Shown: one piece after another, positions 39,153 to 48,862 of the stretch
How positions within the stretch are numbered: the first letter of the stretch is position 1
Layout of the letters: every line of letters begins with the position of its first letter
DNA from: a virus
Strand: one strand, 5' to 3'
DNA: 64,000 nucleotides
Virus record (IMG/VR): IMGVR_UViG_3300031669_000007
Coordinates: 1 to 64,000 of that record
The notes under the pieces: generated by a model
Databases searched by the model: none
Seen by the model: only the letters and a program-made list of their open reading frames with translations
Told to the model about the DNA's origin: nothing
Translations under genes and position numbers: made by a program

Positions 39153-40412
39153 CTACTTTTTAATGACCTTACCGTCCTGTACGTATAGGAATCGTCTGAT
39201 CCATTCTGCGGTTGATTCTAGTATTTCTCTCTCATCCCTAGTGTAGAAGTGATCTGATGACATCATATGTACAATGACGTCGTCTATATCTTTAATCATT
39301 GGCACATCTTCCTCATCGTTCATATATATTATGGCTGCTTCTTTAAGCTTATCTACACCTGGGTTAATTGCATCTAATATCAGTTCATACTCTCTTTTTG
39401 CGTCGTCGTTATAATATAAATAACCAGGTGCATTTTCATAATCTACGTCACCGTTTTCGTCGACGAACCCTTCTTCCTGAAGCCAAGTATAATAATACTC
39501 GTCGTTCACTTCCCAGTCCGTCAGTCTATCGTCTGCTGACTCTGATGCATATTCACTGATCTGGTCAATGATCCTATTTAATACATTATCATATGCAAAT
39601 ATAATCATCTTAGAAAAATTAGGGTCAAACTGACGTAAGTTATTAATTAAATTACCAAAGCGTTTAGTTAATATATCAATTGGATCAACTGGCTCATCCT
39701 CTTCGTTCATAAACTGACCTGATGCAGCATGAACCTGATATTTTTCACCGTCGTATGCTGGCTGCTTAGGCAGAAGAATAAACATTGGTCCCTGGCGATT
39801 ATATCTGTCAAACATGTTATTATTCGTCGCTGCCGTGCACCAGGTTGTGCCCTGACCATAGTAGCAGGCTGCATCAGTATCTTCTGGCTGTACAATTCTG
39901 ACCGCTGCGTTACTATATATCTCTTTTGATTTGCCCTTAGGTATTGCTGTCTGAGCAGCGGTCTTTAGCTTATCTACTAATTCTGGTGTATGGGTAATCG
40001 TATATAGATCCTTAAAATTAATTCTATTTATGTCTCTGAGTTCGACCGGCAATATCTTTCTAAGTTTCATTTGTGCGAAGGTTTTGAGCCAGTCTGCGCC
40101 CTTTGATAATATGTCCTCTAGTGCCACGCCGCCGTTAGCATAAATTTTAGCCAGCCATGGTGTGTATTCTTTGTGTGTGGTAGGGTCTGCATTCTTCAAG
40201 AATTCAAGTATAAGATTTGAAATATGAGAAATAGTCTGCTGGTCGAGTTCTATTCCCTTCATGTCTGGTGATAGTAATAAAGATATCTGCCTATCTAAGG
40301 CAGGAGCAGGCATATTCCTTTCGTCTTTAAGCATGGCATTGACCAGTTTGCGCCCAAAGACCTGTATTGTCTTAGCTTGATTATATTCTACTAGAAATTC
40401 ATTGGCTCTCAT
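39153..40412 (-). CDS. CTS-tagged protein with PcfJ-like domain
   Basis: MRANEFLVE; ADPT..K.Y..W; AACYYGQGTTWCTAA; KYQ. Confidence 0.6.
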   Translation of the reverse strand: MRANEFLVEYNQAKTIQVFGRKLVNAMLKDERNMPAPALDRQISLLLSPDMKGIELDQQTISHISNLILEFLKNADPTTHKEYTPWLAKIYANGGVALEDILSKGADWLKTFAQMKLRKILPVELRDINRINFKDLYTITHTPELVDKLKTAAQTAIPKGKSKEIYSNAAVRIVQPEDTDAACYYGQGTTWCTAATNNNMFDRYNRQGPMFILLPKQPAYDGEKYQVHAASGQFMNEEDEPVDPIDILTKRFGNLINNLRQFDPNFSKMIIFAYDNVLNRIIDQISEYASESADDRLTDWEVNDEYYYTWLQEEGFVDENGDVDYENAPGYLYYNDDAKREYELILDAINPGVDKLKEAAIIYMNDEEDVPMIKDIDDVIVHMMSSDHFYTRDEREILESTAEWIRRFLYVQDGKVIKK

Positions 40413-40413
40413 C

Positions 40414-41064
40414 TTATGCAACCCATGGGTCGACGATCACCGGGAAGTCTGATCCTCTAGACATTACGTTGTCGTTATGTAAATCCCAATACCAGTTCTT
40501 CTTGTCGGATATATTGAATAAATCAAGTATAGTAGACAATAATAAAGCGGTCTTCTCACGTCCAAGATTCTTGGTTAATTGATTAAACCATTTTTCTCCA
40601 TCGTGCTCTGCCTCTGTGCCCAGTTCGTGAAACACATTTGATGCATTTAGTCTATGAGCTGACCAAGAAATATTTACGCCTGCTCTTGCGACTGCTAACC
40701 CAATGACATCATTTTCATTGAGTTTCTCCTGACGAATCTGTAGATATGGGTTACCATTGAACATAAAGCTCTCAAACCCATAGAACTTAGGTAGAAAAGG
40801 ATTGTTTTGTCTATCCATGCAATACTTGGCCCAGAAGAAGAACATTTTTTGCCCTTTAGTAAATTGCGGTTTTCCCGACGTCGTTAGACCTTTCCCAAAC
40901 TGAGTTCCAAATATCTTTAAGACTTGACCCGTGCTTGGTTCTAAGAATGCCATCTGATCGACTCCCTGACCCAACTTCTTATATCCTTTTGCCCTAAGAA
41001 TCTTAGTAATGTCTACGTGATTATCGCTATATTCATCTATTTGTTCTATTTCGATTATTTTCAT
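40414..41064 (-). CDS. Ser/Thr protein kinase-like protein
   Basis: LGQGV loop, VLK, LPKFY, QEKL, DLHNDNVM, IVDP. Confidence 0.78.
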   Translation of the reverse strand: MKIIEIEQIDEYSDNHVDITKILRAKGYKKLGQGVDQMAFLEPSTGQVLKIFGTQFGKGLTTSGKPQFTKGQKMFFFWAKYCMDRQNNPFLPKFYGFESFMFNGNPYLQIRQEKLNENDVIGLAVARAGVNISWSAHRLNASNVFHELGTEAEHDGEKWFNQLTKNLGREKTALLLSTILDLFNISDKKNWYWDLHNDNVMSRGSDFPVIVDPWVA

Positions 41065-41660
41065 CTTATTCTCTTTGTAGCAACTAGTTCCATATTTTTA
41101 GCATCTAATAGTTCGGGACTGTATTCTCCACCGTAATCCCAGGTATCTGTGTCTTTTGAATGAGTATATTCTGGATCGCGCATATCTACATTGACTGGCT
41201 TCCCGTTTAACCATCCGTGTATCTCAACATTTTTATGATACTTCTGTAGTTGTTTCCACACTGCGTGGCCACCAGGCGATTGGCTTGATGCAACTAATGT
41301 CTTCCCTAATTTAGTAATTAAAAAGGCATAGAAATTATGAGCCTTGAGTGTATTATTTTTATTAATAGCGTATAGACTTATATTCGTTAATATATTATTA
41401 TCTTCGTTTGCCCCAACTACTAAATCAACTTTTCCGTCTGGCGACACAGCATAATATCCATGCCAATCCCCGCCCTGAGGATCTTTCTCAAAATATACTT
41501 TGTGACCGTCTGGCATCTTAGCAATCTGAACACCGCCAATCTTTAGAAGTTGCTTTTCGTTAGATGGATCTTCCGGGTGCCATTTCCCCTTACGTTTAGT
41601 AATATAATCAAGCTCTTCAACCTCGTCAATTGTAGTCTGAATTACTTCATTGATTTTCAT
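41061..41660 (-). CDS. CTS-tagged GNAT-like protein
   Basis: MKINEVI; FYAFL...LVASSQSPGGHAVWKQL. Confidence 0.45.
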   Translation of the reverse strand: MKINEVIQTTIDEVEELDYITKRKGKWHPEDPSNEKQLLKIGGVQIAKMPDGHKVYFEKDPQGGDWHGYYAVSPDGKVDLVVGANEDNNILTNISLYAINKNNTLKAHNFYAFLITKLGKTLVASSQSPGGHAVWKQLQKYHKNVEIHGWLNGKPVNVDMRDPEYTHSKDTDTWDYGGEYSPELLDAKNMELVATKRIR

Positions 41661-43153
41661 AAATCTAATTCCCAATAGTTTCCGCTGTCATTATGATCAA
41701 CGGACTTAAATCCTGCTTTCTTAAACATATCTTTTGAACCCACATTAGTCCATTCCGTGTATGCCTTAACCGTGTAATAACCATGTGCTTTTGATTGCTC
41801 AACTATGTATTTAAGCAATTCTGAGCCAAACCCTTGTCCCGTAGGTGTTGCGTCTATGCGATTAATATATGCAATTCCAGAACTATTATCTAAATCTAAC
41901 GTGGCTGATCCGCGTTTTGCTTGTGTTTCGCCTATTCTATCAATCCAGTTCTTAGCTGAGTTTGTTATGTGTGCATTTAAGAATACTCTCAGATTCCAGT
42001 CGCCTTTCTCTTCTATGTCTAATCGTTCTGTTTCTGACGATTCTTTTATTGATATCGACTTAATTTTACGAACTATTTCCCAGGTGTTTAACCCCTCCGA
42101 TATTGTTAATTTAGATTTAAATTCAAATTCAGGAAAATACTTACTGATAGATTTGGCAAATCTATCATATAATTTATTTCGACTTGGTAAATCTATCTTA
42201 CTTGAAAAGTAAATAGCTCCTATAGATTTATTTTCTCTGTCAAAATCAACGAGAATCAATGATAATATTTCTTTAATAGTTGCAAAAATTCTAAATGCAT
42301 CCCCTGTATTTTCTATATCCTGACTCAAATCCGACTTTTCTTCTCCTTTAATCAATGAAAATAAAACATTGATTACATTCTCATTCCCTCTAAATTCTTT
42401 TGCATATTTGACGGTAACAAGATAAGCTAATCCCGAATCAGTCTTAAATTTATAAGATTTTTTCGGCATTAAAGAATCTGAGTTATTGCTGTATTCGGGG
42501 GAATACTTAAACGGATACGGAGCATCGGCTAACTCGGTTAGCATTTTATTATCTTCTAATACAGTAGATGACTCTGTAATCTTAAATTCTGATTTATACC
42601 ACAAGTAGATGTCTGCAGAAGAACAACGCTTGTCGAACTCTCTGCGTAAGATATAATAAATTTGCTGTTTATCTGCTCTCGATAAATCATCCCAGTTACC
42701 AATGTCGCGACGCAATTGCCTTAATAAGGAATTAGACGATAGCTTTAGATAATCTTCTAATCTCCAAAAGAATGTAACATCGTCGTTGTGAGATGATTTT
42801 GACTTAGTCTTAGATGCCAATACACCCAAGTATCTATTAATTTGGAATAACGGAATGCTCACGCCGATATGAGTTTTAATATCCTTCTTAAATGTGTCTT
42901 GGTTATTTAATACAGCAAGCAAATTGCCCAGGTCAGAGCCTGAATAATGCAGTTGATCATAGGTATTATATTTTAGTGTATCTCTTGCGTAATCTGCTGT
43001 ATAATTTGGTTTGTAATGTCTTATTACTTCTAACATCATAAACATCAAAAAGACTATCTGTGCTATTTCGTCAGCAGACATGCCTTTAATGTCCTTTACT
43101 CCATAAAACATGCGAGCTTCGACGAGAGAATCAATGAAAGGTAGTAGTGACAT
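41657..43153 (-). CDS. Multidomain putative internal virion protein with C-terminal GNAT
   Basis: RIDATPTGQGFGSELL and N..S..MFKKAGF; Glu-rich linkers. Confidence 0.65.
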   Translation of the reverse strand: MSLLPFIDSLVEARMFYGVKDIKGMSADEIAQIVFLMFMMLEVIRHYKPNYTADYARDTLKYNTYDQLHYSGSDLGNLLAVLNNQDTFKKDIKTHIGVSIPLFQINRYLGVLASKTKSKSSHNDDVTFFWRLEDYLKLSSNSLLRQLRRDIGNWDDLSRADKQQIYYILRREFDKRCSSADIYLWYKSEFKITESSTVLEDNKMLTELADAPYPFKYSPEYSNNSDSLMPKKSYKFKTDSGLAYLVTVKYAKEFRGNENVINVLFSLIKGEEKSDLSQDIENTGDAFRIFATIKEILSLILVDFDRENKSIGAIYFSSKIDLPSRNKLYDRFAKSISKYFPEFEFKSKLTISEGLNTWEIVRKIKSISIKESSETERLDIEEKGDWNLRVFLNAHITNSAKNWIDRIGETQAKRGSATLDLDNSSGIAYINRIDATPTGQGFGSELLKYIVEQSKAHGYYTVKAYTEWTNVGSKDMFKKAGFKSVDHNDSGNYWELDL

Positions 43154-43161
43154 CTATATCC

Positions 43162-43716
43162 TTATGGCATGTTGGGCCAAGTTAAGTTATTCTTGGTAAT
43201 ATTTTGTTTTGCTTCTAGTATCTGCAAATTCGCGAGACAGTGTAATCCTTGTACGAGCGGCGAGTTAAGTGGCACAATGTGATCTACGTGATAAGACACA
43301 CCTGTTAATTCAGTCAATGCTTTTGCTTGAGAATATAATGCCAAAATCTGATCTTTCTCGGCGATCGCCCATTGAGGTGTCGCCTGTAGCTTAGTTGCTC
43401 TTCTATTTGCGTTTTTTGCGTTGATCTTATCTGGATTGTTCTTTCTCCATTTTCTATTTGATTCTCTATGAAATTCTGGATTATTGCGCCTGAACTTATT
43501 CACTGATTCTTTGCTTCCTTCCGGATCTGCTATATATCTTTTATGAGCCGACTTCGTTTTATACAATGCAACCTTGTCTAAGTTGGCAGATTTCCATGCA
43601 TCGTTTTCAGTATTAATACAGATTTTGCATCTTGTCGTTAAGCCGCACTTATAGCCTTTATTTTTATAGAAAGAATCAAGCGATTTACTTTCGTTACATT
43701 TTGTGCATGTTTTCAT
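43162..43716 (-). CDS. HNH homing endonuclease
   Basis: CTKC/CKIC Zn finger; HVDHIVPL..GLHC..NLQIL...N..K. Confidence 0.88.
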   Translation of the reverse strand: MKTCTKCNESKSLDSFYKNKGYKCGLTTRCKICINTENDAWKSANLDKVALYKTKSAHKRYIADPEGSKESVNKFRRNNPEFHRESNRKWRKNNPDKINAKNANRRATKLQATPQWAIAEKDQILALYSQAKALTELTGVSYHVDHIVPLNSPLVQGLHCLANLQILEAKQNITKNNLTWPNMP

Positions 43717-43772
43717 AATAAGTATTTATCTTAGTGATGGCTCCAGTCTGGAGCAACATACGGTGTCTCTGG

Positions 43773-44549
43773 TCATGTAATAGGAGTGCCGCCAACGCGA
43801 AGTGTTTCTAATAGATCAGATCTAACTATAATACACGGTCCGCCTATCCACAATTCTTTATCTCGCATTCCACCGCCAGCAAATTCTTCTAAGTCATATA
43901 ATTGAAACCCGGTATTTTGTGGAGCCATTGCTTCTTCAATTTCTGGTAAAAAATCCTTAGGCTCAATTGGTTTAATTTTATTATCTTTAATTAAGTAGTT
44001 CAGTTCTCTCGCGAAGAAATCAGATTGAACTTCTTTAACCATTGAATTATAGTCCTGAGATAATCTCAGGTCTTCAAGAAATTCATTTAGGTCTGGAAAA
44101 TCAAGACCACTATAGACAAACGGTAGATCAATTCGTGTTTCCCATATATCAATGGCAGGACACACGGCAACCTTAACTCCTCTTGCTGGAAATACGGCAT
44201 AGGTTGCAGCCGACCACGGTGCTCCATGAGCATAATCAGATGCTCTGTCAAATTCAGTTGAACAAATTATGCTTCTACTTCTTTTTGGCCATCCATTGAA
44301 ATAAGGAGAATTATCCATTAATTCTGTGTAATAGTTAGATGTATTTTGTGATTGTCTAACGCCTGTGCTTGGATAAATCTTTAATATCTCCTGATTATGA
44401 TTGTTAAATCCGCGCCAGATAGGTTCTCTAATTAGTTCATCTACTACGGGGCAGAATTGCCTTAGTAATGTCTCTACCTTGTCGGTGTTGATTACTTCTT
44501 TTTCGTAAGGTTTAACCTCTGCTTCAGATATTATCTCATTGATTTTCAA
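43773..44549 (-). CDS. CTS-tagged ADP-ribosyltransferase-like protein 1
   Basis: MKINEIISE; IWRG...SIICST...A..Y...KELWI. Confidence 0.5.
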   Translation of the reverse strand: MKINEIISEAEVKPYEKEVINTDKVETLLRQFCPVVDELIREPIWRGFNNHNQEILKIYPSTGVRQSQNTSNYYTELMDNSPYFNGWPKRSRSIICSTEFDRASDYAHGAPWSAATYAVFPARGVKVAVCPAIDIWETRIDLPFVYSGLDFPDLNEFLEDLRLSQDYNSMVKEVQSDFFARELNYLIKDNKIKPIEPKDFLPEIEEAMAPQNTGFQLYDLEEFAGGGMRDKELWIGGPCIIVRSDLLETLRVGGTPIT

Positions 44550-45307
44550 AATGGGTCATCCTCTATTGAATCATTGTCATCGTCGGCAGTGTCGTTTGTA
44601 TATCCTACCGTGCTACCCGAGAAAGGATTATATCCGGCTGCAATAGAACTGCCATTGTCTTGAAGAGGATCAGTTAATACTAATTGTATGCCAGTTGGTC
44701 CAAGCCGAATCATTATATTCCCTGCGTGTACATCAGTGCTAAACGCTGAATTAGAGTTATATACTTCTTGAATTAACTGTATAGCTTGAATTAATTTTTC
44801 ATCACTGAAAATCTCGTACATATTAATGCTTGACTCAATTCCTTTTTCAATGTCACTTGAAATATTCCACAGTAATAATTCTCCTAGACGATGGTAGGCC
44901 AGAGCTTTCTCAGTGTAAATCTTTTCGGCTATTATCTCAACTAAGTTTTCTATCTCAGAGTTTGCTTCACTAATTGTCATTAGTTTTTCCATATTATAAG
45001 CTGGTTTAACTAATCCATCGCTATATCTTTTAAAGACAACTTCATAGACTCTTGGGAAATATGGGTTGCTTTTCATAAAAGGAGAACATGCTTTGATATA
45101 TTGATAATATGCATCGTTCTTTAGATTAGATGGCATTCTTATTTTCTTACGATACATGTGAGTATCAAGAGGATCTGGTGTCCCACGAGCATACGCCCCA
45201 CCATTTGTAGTGTCGATTTTTTGTCTTTGCCCCATCTTTTCAATGTTGTATGGTTTGCTTATCGGACGCTCGACATGTATTGGTTCTATTATCTCATTGA
45301 TTTTCAT
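44546..45307 (-). CDS. CTS-tagged protein kinase-like protein
   Basis: MKINEIIE; GGAYA, NPYFPRVY, MEKL, DVHAGNIM, LTDP. Confidence 0.72.
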   Translation of the reverse strand: MKINEIIEPIHVERPISKPYNIEKMGQRQKIDTTNGGAYARGTPDPLDTHMYRKKIRMPSNLKNDAYYQYIKACSPFMKSNPYFPRVYEVVFKRYSDGLVKPAYNMEKLMTISEANSEIENLVEIIAEKIYTEKALAYHRLGELLLWNISSDIEKGIESSINMYEIFSDEKLIQAIQLIQEVYNSNSAFSTDVHAGNIMIRLGPTGIQLVLTDPLQDNGSSIAAGYNPFSGSTVGYTNDTADDDNDSIEDDPF

Positions 45308-46432
45308 TTATGTATTCCTTGCGAAATTAGCCTGGCTAAATTGGGTGCGATTAACCAATTTAATTGGTCCTCCCTCGTCGCTAGATACATAGCCCTCACC
45401 GCCACGTGCGCCTGCAATGTGTGCGATAACTGTTCCTTCATGTGAATCTAATTGATGAAGTATATCTAATTTTAGTCCGGTAATTAAATCGAATATATTA
45501 AATACTGCCTGTAATCCTGCTGCGTTTTGTTCTGAATAGGCAATTACCTTACCGACCATTGCCTTAGATATCTTTGGGTTAGATTGAACCCAAGAACCGA
45601 ACTTAGCATATAGATTGGTTAAATCTCTTGTCTTAACCTGTGCATTGACGTATGTGTATAATAGATCAGGCAATGCTGCCATCTTTTGTTCACGCAATAC
45701 ATCTTCGTCAAGGAACGCATCTACCACTTTGGCATTCTTCTTAACGTATTGTGTGATCTGTTTGGCTTTTACTTTGTCTGCTTGAAGAGTAGCTTCGTTC
45801 TTAATCTCCGGGCCTAAGATGCATAATGGGCCATTGAGGTTTAGTCCTGCTGTATTCTTTAATGGAACACCGTCTGCACCCACGTCTGAATAAAAGGTGT
45901 GAACAGCCATCCCAGCTTTTGATTGAGCTATGTGATGTCCGAGTTCAGAGTTCTTATCTACTTCATACGTTACCGTATTAGGCGTAAAGATGAATCGCTT
46001 AGTTGTTTCTTTTAGTTCGCCAGGGAACCACATAATATCGCCAAACACAAAACCACGATAATTAGAAGGCACCGAAGCCTGAACGATAGGCCAGATTGCG
46101 ACGATTTTAGCGAGATAATCTTCATCTCCACCTTTGCTGCGCTTTTGCTTAACAAATTCTTTAGCTGATTTATATAGTCCATTGTATCCTTTCGCGCCAA
46201 ATCCCGCTTTGTCAGTGAAGATGAATTCTCCATCTTCATTACGACCGAATACACAACTTGGTTTTCCATCCCATTTGATTGACAAAATATCTTTACTCTT
46301 GCTTAGACTTAATAAGTTATTAACTGCTCTGAGAGCACCAGCAGATTTTTCCCAAAAAACTAAGTCCTCGGCGTGCTGAATGCGAGCACCCTCATTGAGA
46401 ACTGATTCTACTATTATTTCATTGATTTTCAT
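45308..46432 (-). CDS. CTS-tagged RNA-ligase-like nucleotidyltransferase
   Basis: MKINEIIVESVLNE; KWDG (motif I), GDI, GEGYV (IV), IKLV (V). Confidence 0.6.
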   Translation of the reverse strand: MKINEIIVESVLNEGARIQHAEDLVFWEKSAGALRAVNNLLSLSKSKDILSIKWDGKPSCVFGRNEDGEFIFTDKAGFGAKGYNGLYKSAKEFVKQKRSKGGDEDYLAKIVAIWPIVQASVPSNYRGFVFGDIMWFPGELKETTKRFIFTPNTVTYEVDKNSELGHHIAQSKAGMAVHTFYSDVGADGVPLKNTAGLNLNGPLCILGPEIKNEATLQADKVKAKQITQYVKKNAKVVDAFLDEDVLREQKMAALPDLLYTYVNAQVKTRDLTNLYAKFGSWVQSNPKISKAMVGKVIAYSEQNAAGLQAVFNIFDLITGLKLDILHQLDSHEGTVIAHIAGARGGEGYVSSDEGGPIKLVNRTQFSQANFARNT

Positions 46433-47174
46433 TTTTTAATCGTTCCTTTAGTAATGGCAACAATGTTTTTCTAAATTCATTCTCATTCATATGCCCTTTA
46501 ACAGTATTCACTATTCTAAGACAAAAGACTAAATTTTCTGCGGCGGCGGTTTTCTCAGTAGGCCAGTTATAAAAGAATGCTTCATTGACCGAAATCTTAT
46601 GATCGATTGTCCTCTTCAGCGGGTCATTTGGGTTGACTTTTTCTAATAAATTGTCATTGAATGCAATGTCGGTATAATAGCATGTGTTAGGTATTAGGTT
46701 AATTTTCTTAATTTTGTCAACCTGTTTTTTAGTCATTGACTCTACTTCTTTTCTATAATTATTAAATTCCTCATTGATTTTTAATTTTTTATAAGGTATT
46801 AAGTTTTGTTTCTTGAACCCTTCTCCGGGTCGTTGGCCATTATTAATAACGCCATATCGATTAAGCATTGATGCCTGCATTTTACTTTGTCTCTTATCAT
46901 TGGTGTTTTTACCGCTAATCCCTTCATAAACACCGCCCTTCTTCAAAATTTCTGTGATCAAATTTCGCAATTTCCCACCAAAAACTTTAGTGCTTTCTTT
47001 CTCAATAACATATTTACAACATTCAGAAACCGAATATGTCTCTAAGTAATACTTAGCTATATAATCATTGAGAACATCCTTTAATCGTAATACTTCCTTC
47101 TGATAATCAGAACAATTTCTAAAATGAGCCGTATTTCCCTTAGGTATCTCTAATCCACAAACACATTCACACAT
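46419..47174 (-). CDS. HNH-like homing endonuclease
   Basis: RYGV, CYYT, TIDHKIS..NLV....N..K; TAAATA at 47193-47198. Confidence 0.7.
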   Translation of the reverse strand: MCECVCGLEIPKGNTAHFRNCSDYQKEVLRLKDVLNDYIAKYYLETYSVSECCKYVIEKESTKVFGGKLRNLITEILKKGGVYEGISGKNTNDKRQSKMQASMLNRYGVINNGQRPGEGFKKQNLIPYKKLKINEEFNNYRKEVESMTKKQVDKIKKINLIPNTCYYTDIAFNDNLLEKVNPNDPLKRTIDHKISVNEAFFYNWPTEKTAAAENLVFCLRIVNTVKGHMNENEFRKTLLPLLKERLKNENQ

Positions 47175-47442
47175 AATAGTTCTCCTTACTATTATTTATG
47201 CTGGATAGCGTCTTATCTAATAGAAGTTCGTTAATCTTCATAACTTCCATCCTTTCTGAGATAGGTACAGTTAATAATATTTGTTCAACTTTCTCATAAT
47301 ACTGATATGCGTCCATAATTCTTGGAATGGCAATACCAACACCGAGAGATATAATACCGGCAGCGGCCAATTTAGCAACTTTTGCTTTAATACTTTCTTC
47401 AAGTATTTGTGATTCTGTTAATATAAATTCGCTTGATTTCAT
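47167..47442 (-). CDS. CTS-tagged small protein with hydrophobic helix
   Basis: MKSSEFILTESQILEES then LAAAGIISLGVGIAI. Confidence 0.55.
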   Translation of the reverse strand: MKSSEFILTESQILEESIKAKVAKLAAAGIISLGVGIAIPRIMDAYQYYEKVEQILLTVPISERMEVMKINELLLDKTLSSINNSKENYYV

Positions 47443-48197
47443 AATGTCCATCCCTCATTCTGATAATAGTGTTTAGCCAAAACAAGCCAATTTGAATTAA
47501 CCACTATTGCTTTGTCTGCTATTAGCATTATTTCGTGTGATGATCTAATGCCACCTATTAAATCTTTATTAAACTGATAATCACCGTCGATCATAAAATC
47601 ATTGACATAATTATAATTATCGAATACTTGTTTCATCTTTTCTTTTAAAGAAAAAGAACTAGCGTGTTCATCTCCGTCGCCAGCTGCATCAGTGAAGTGT
47701 TCCATACTTTCATACATATCGACATAATTTCTGGACCAGCAGAAGCTAAAATTACCCATTGGTATTACCACGACGGTATCACCGTATCCAGATGCCTTAG
47801 CTTCCTTACCAAAACAAAATAACGATTGGCGTCTAATTCTGATGTTTGTTCTTTCTTCAAACCAATCATCTATTGCTGCGCTAACATTCTTGGGTGTGTC
47901 TTTTGGGTTACGGTCTTTTCTGATGTTCACAGTGTTAAACGGATGCTCTTCTGGTATATCCATTGCCTGATGGTCAGGAATACCCACACCTCTGAATAAC
48001 GGGTAATTAAACAAAGCATTCTCGATGCCGCCGACCTGAGTCAGGTATGGTTGTGATGTTCTCGTCAGAAGAGCCGCTAACTCTGACAGCGACGATTTTA
48101 TTTTATTTACTTCATTTGCATCTGACCATTCGATATCATTCTCTATTTTTGCTGTGTCAGAATCAAGGTCTTCTAAGATTATGTCTTTAATTTTCAT
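47439..48197 (-). CDS. CTS-tagged ART-like protein 2
   Basis: MKIKDIILE; LFRG...RNPKDT...SLFC...A..YG...HEIML. Confidence 0.5.
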   Translation of the reverse strand: MKIKDIILEDLDSDTAKIENDIEWSDANEVNKIKSSLSELAALLTRTSQPYLTQVGGIENALFNYPLFRGVGIPDHQAMDIPEEHPFNTVNIRKDRNPKDTPKNVSAAIDDWFEERTNIRIRRQSLFCFGKEAKASGYGDTVVVIPMGNFSFCWSRNYVDMYESMEHFTDAAGDGDEHASSFSLKEKMKQVFDNYNYVNDFMIDGDYQFNKDLIGGIRSSHEIMLIADKAIVVNSNWLVLAKHYYQNEGWTL

Positions 48198-48862
48198 TCT
48201 GGCTCCACCAATTTCTTTAAGAATTTCTGTCGTATTACTAATGCCTTTTTACAGGAGAGCATTATTTCTGTCCCGGAAAATATCGCACCTCGAATATTGG
48301 TATCAAATCGATAATCTCCTGAATCCATAAATTCGTTTATTCTAGCTTTGTAAAACTGTTCTGCCTCATGCACAGACATGCCAGCACCTCCGTTGGGCGG
48401 CTTGTAGTTAAATTTGCCTAATGCAACAAATAAGTCTCTATACTGGGCAGAATATGCATAGTGGTATTCTCCCATTGGTATTACAATTAATGCACCGGTT
48501 GCCATTCCTGAATAAGAAATAGCGATATCAAATCGACCAGTGCAATGCAACGATGTCTGTCTAAATCTGACACCTACACGCTCTTGAAACCAGTCGTCAA
48601 TGAGAATCTGAACTCCTTCAGGGGTATCTGTCGGAATCCGATTTTGATTTACTATAACAGTTTTGGCGTGAGAACCAGGCGGAAATTCTATTTTCTCTAT
48701 TCCTCGATACATTGGATAGTCGATTATTGCAGCGTCGAATCCACCTATCTCTTGAAGATATGGTTGACATTGTTCTTCTGCGAACATTCTTATGCCAGCA
48801 AACTCTTTAAGAAGCTCTTTTTTAGTGTCACTGTCTTCAGTAATTATCTCTTGTATTTTCAC
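48194..48862 (-). CDS. CTS-tagged ART-like protein 3
   Basis: MKIQEIITE; MYRG...RIPTDT...SLHCT...A..Y...TEIML; clear paralogue of 47439. Confidence 0.5.
   Translation of the reverse strand: MKIQEIITEDSDTKKELLKEFAGIRMFAEEQCQPYLQEIGGFDAAIIDYPMYRGIEKIEFPPGSHAKTVIVNQNRIPTDTPEGVQILIDDWFQERVGVRFRQTSLHCTGRFDIAISYSGMATGALIVIPMGEYHYAYSAQYRDLFVALGKFNYKPPNGGAGMSVHEAEQFYKARINEFMDSGDYRFDTNIRGAIFSGTEIMLSCKKALVIRQKFLKKLVEPE

Noticed and set aside
43740-43754. Palindrome GCTCCAG-T-CTGGAGC upstream of the HNH late promoter
   Set aside because: Single short occurrence with no U-tract; function cannot be supported
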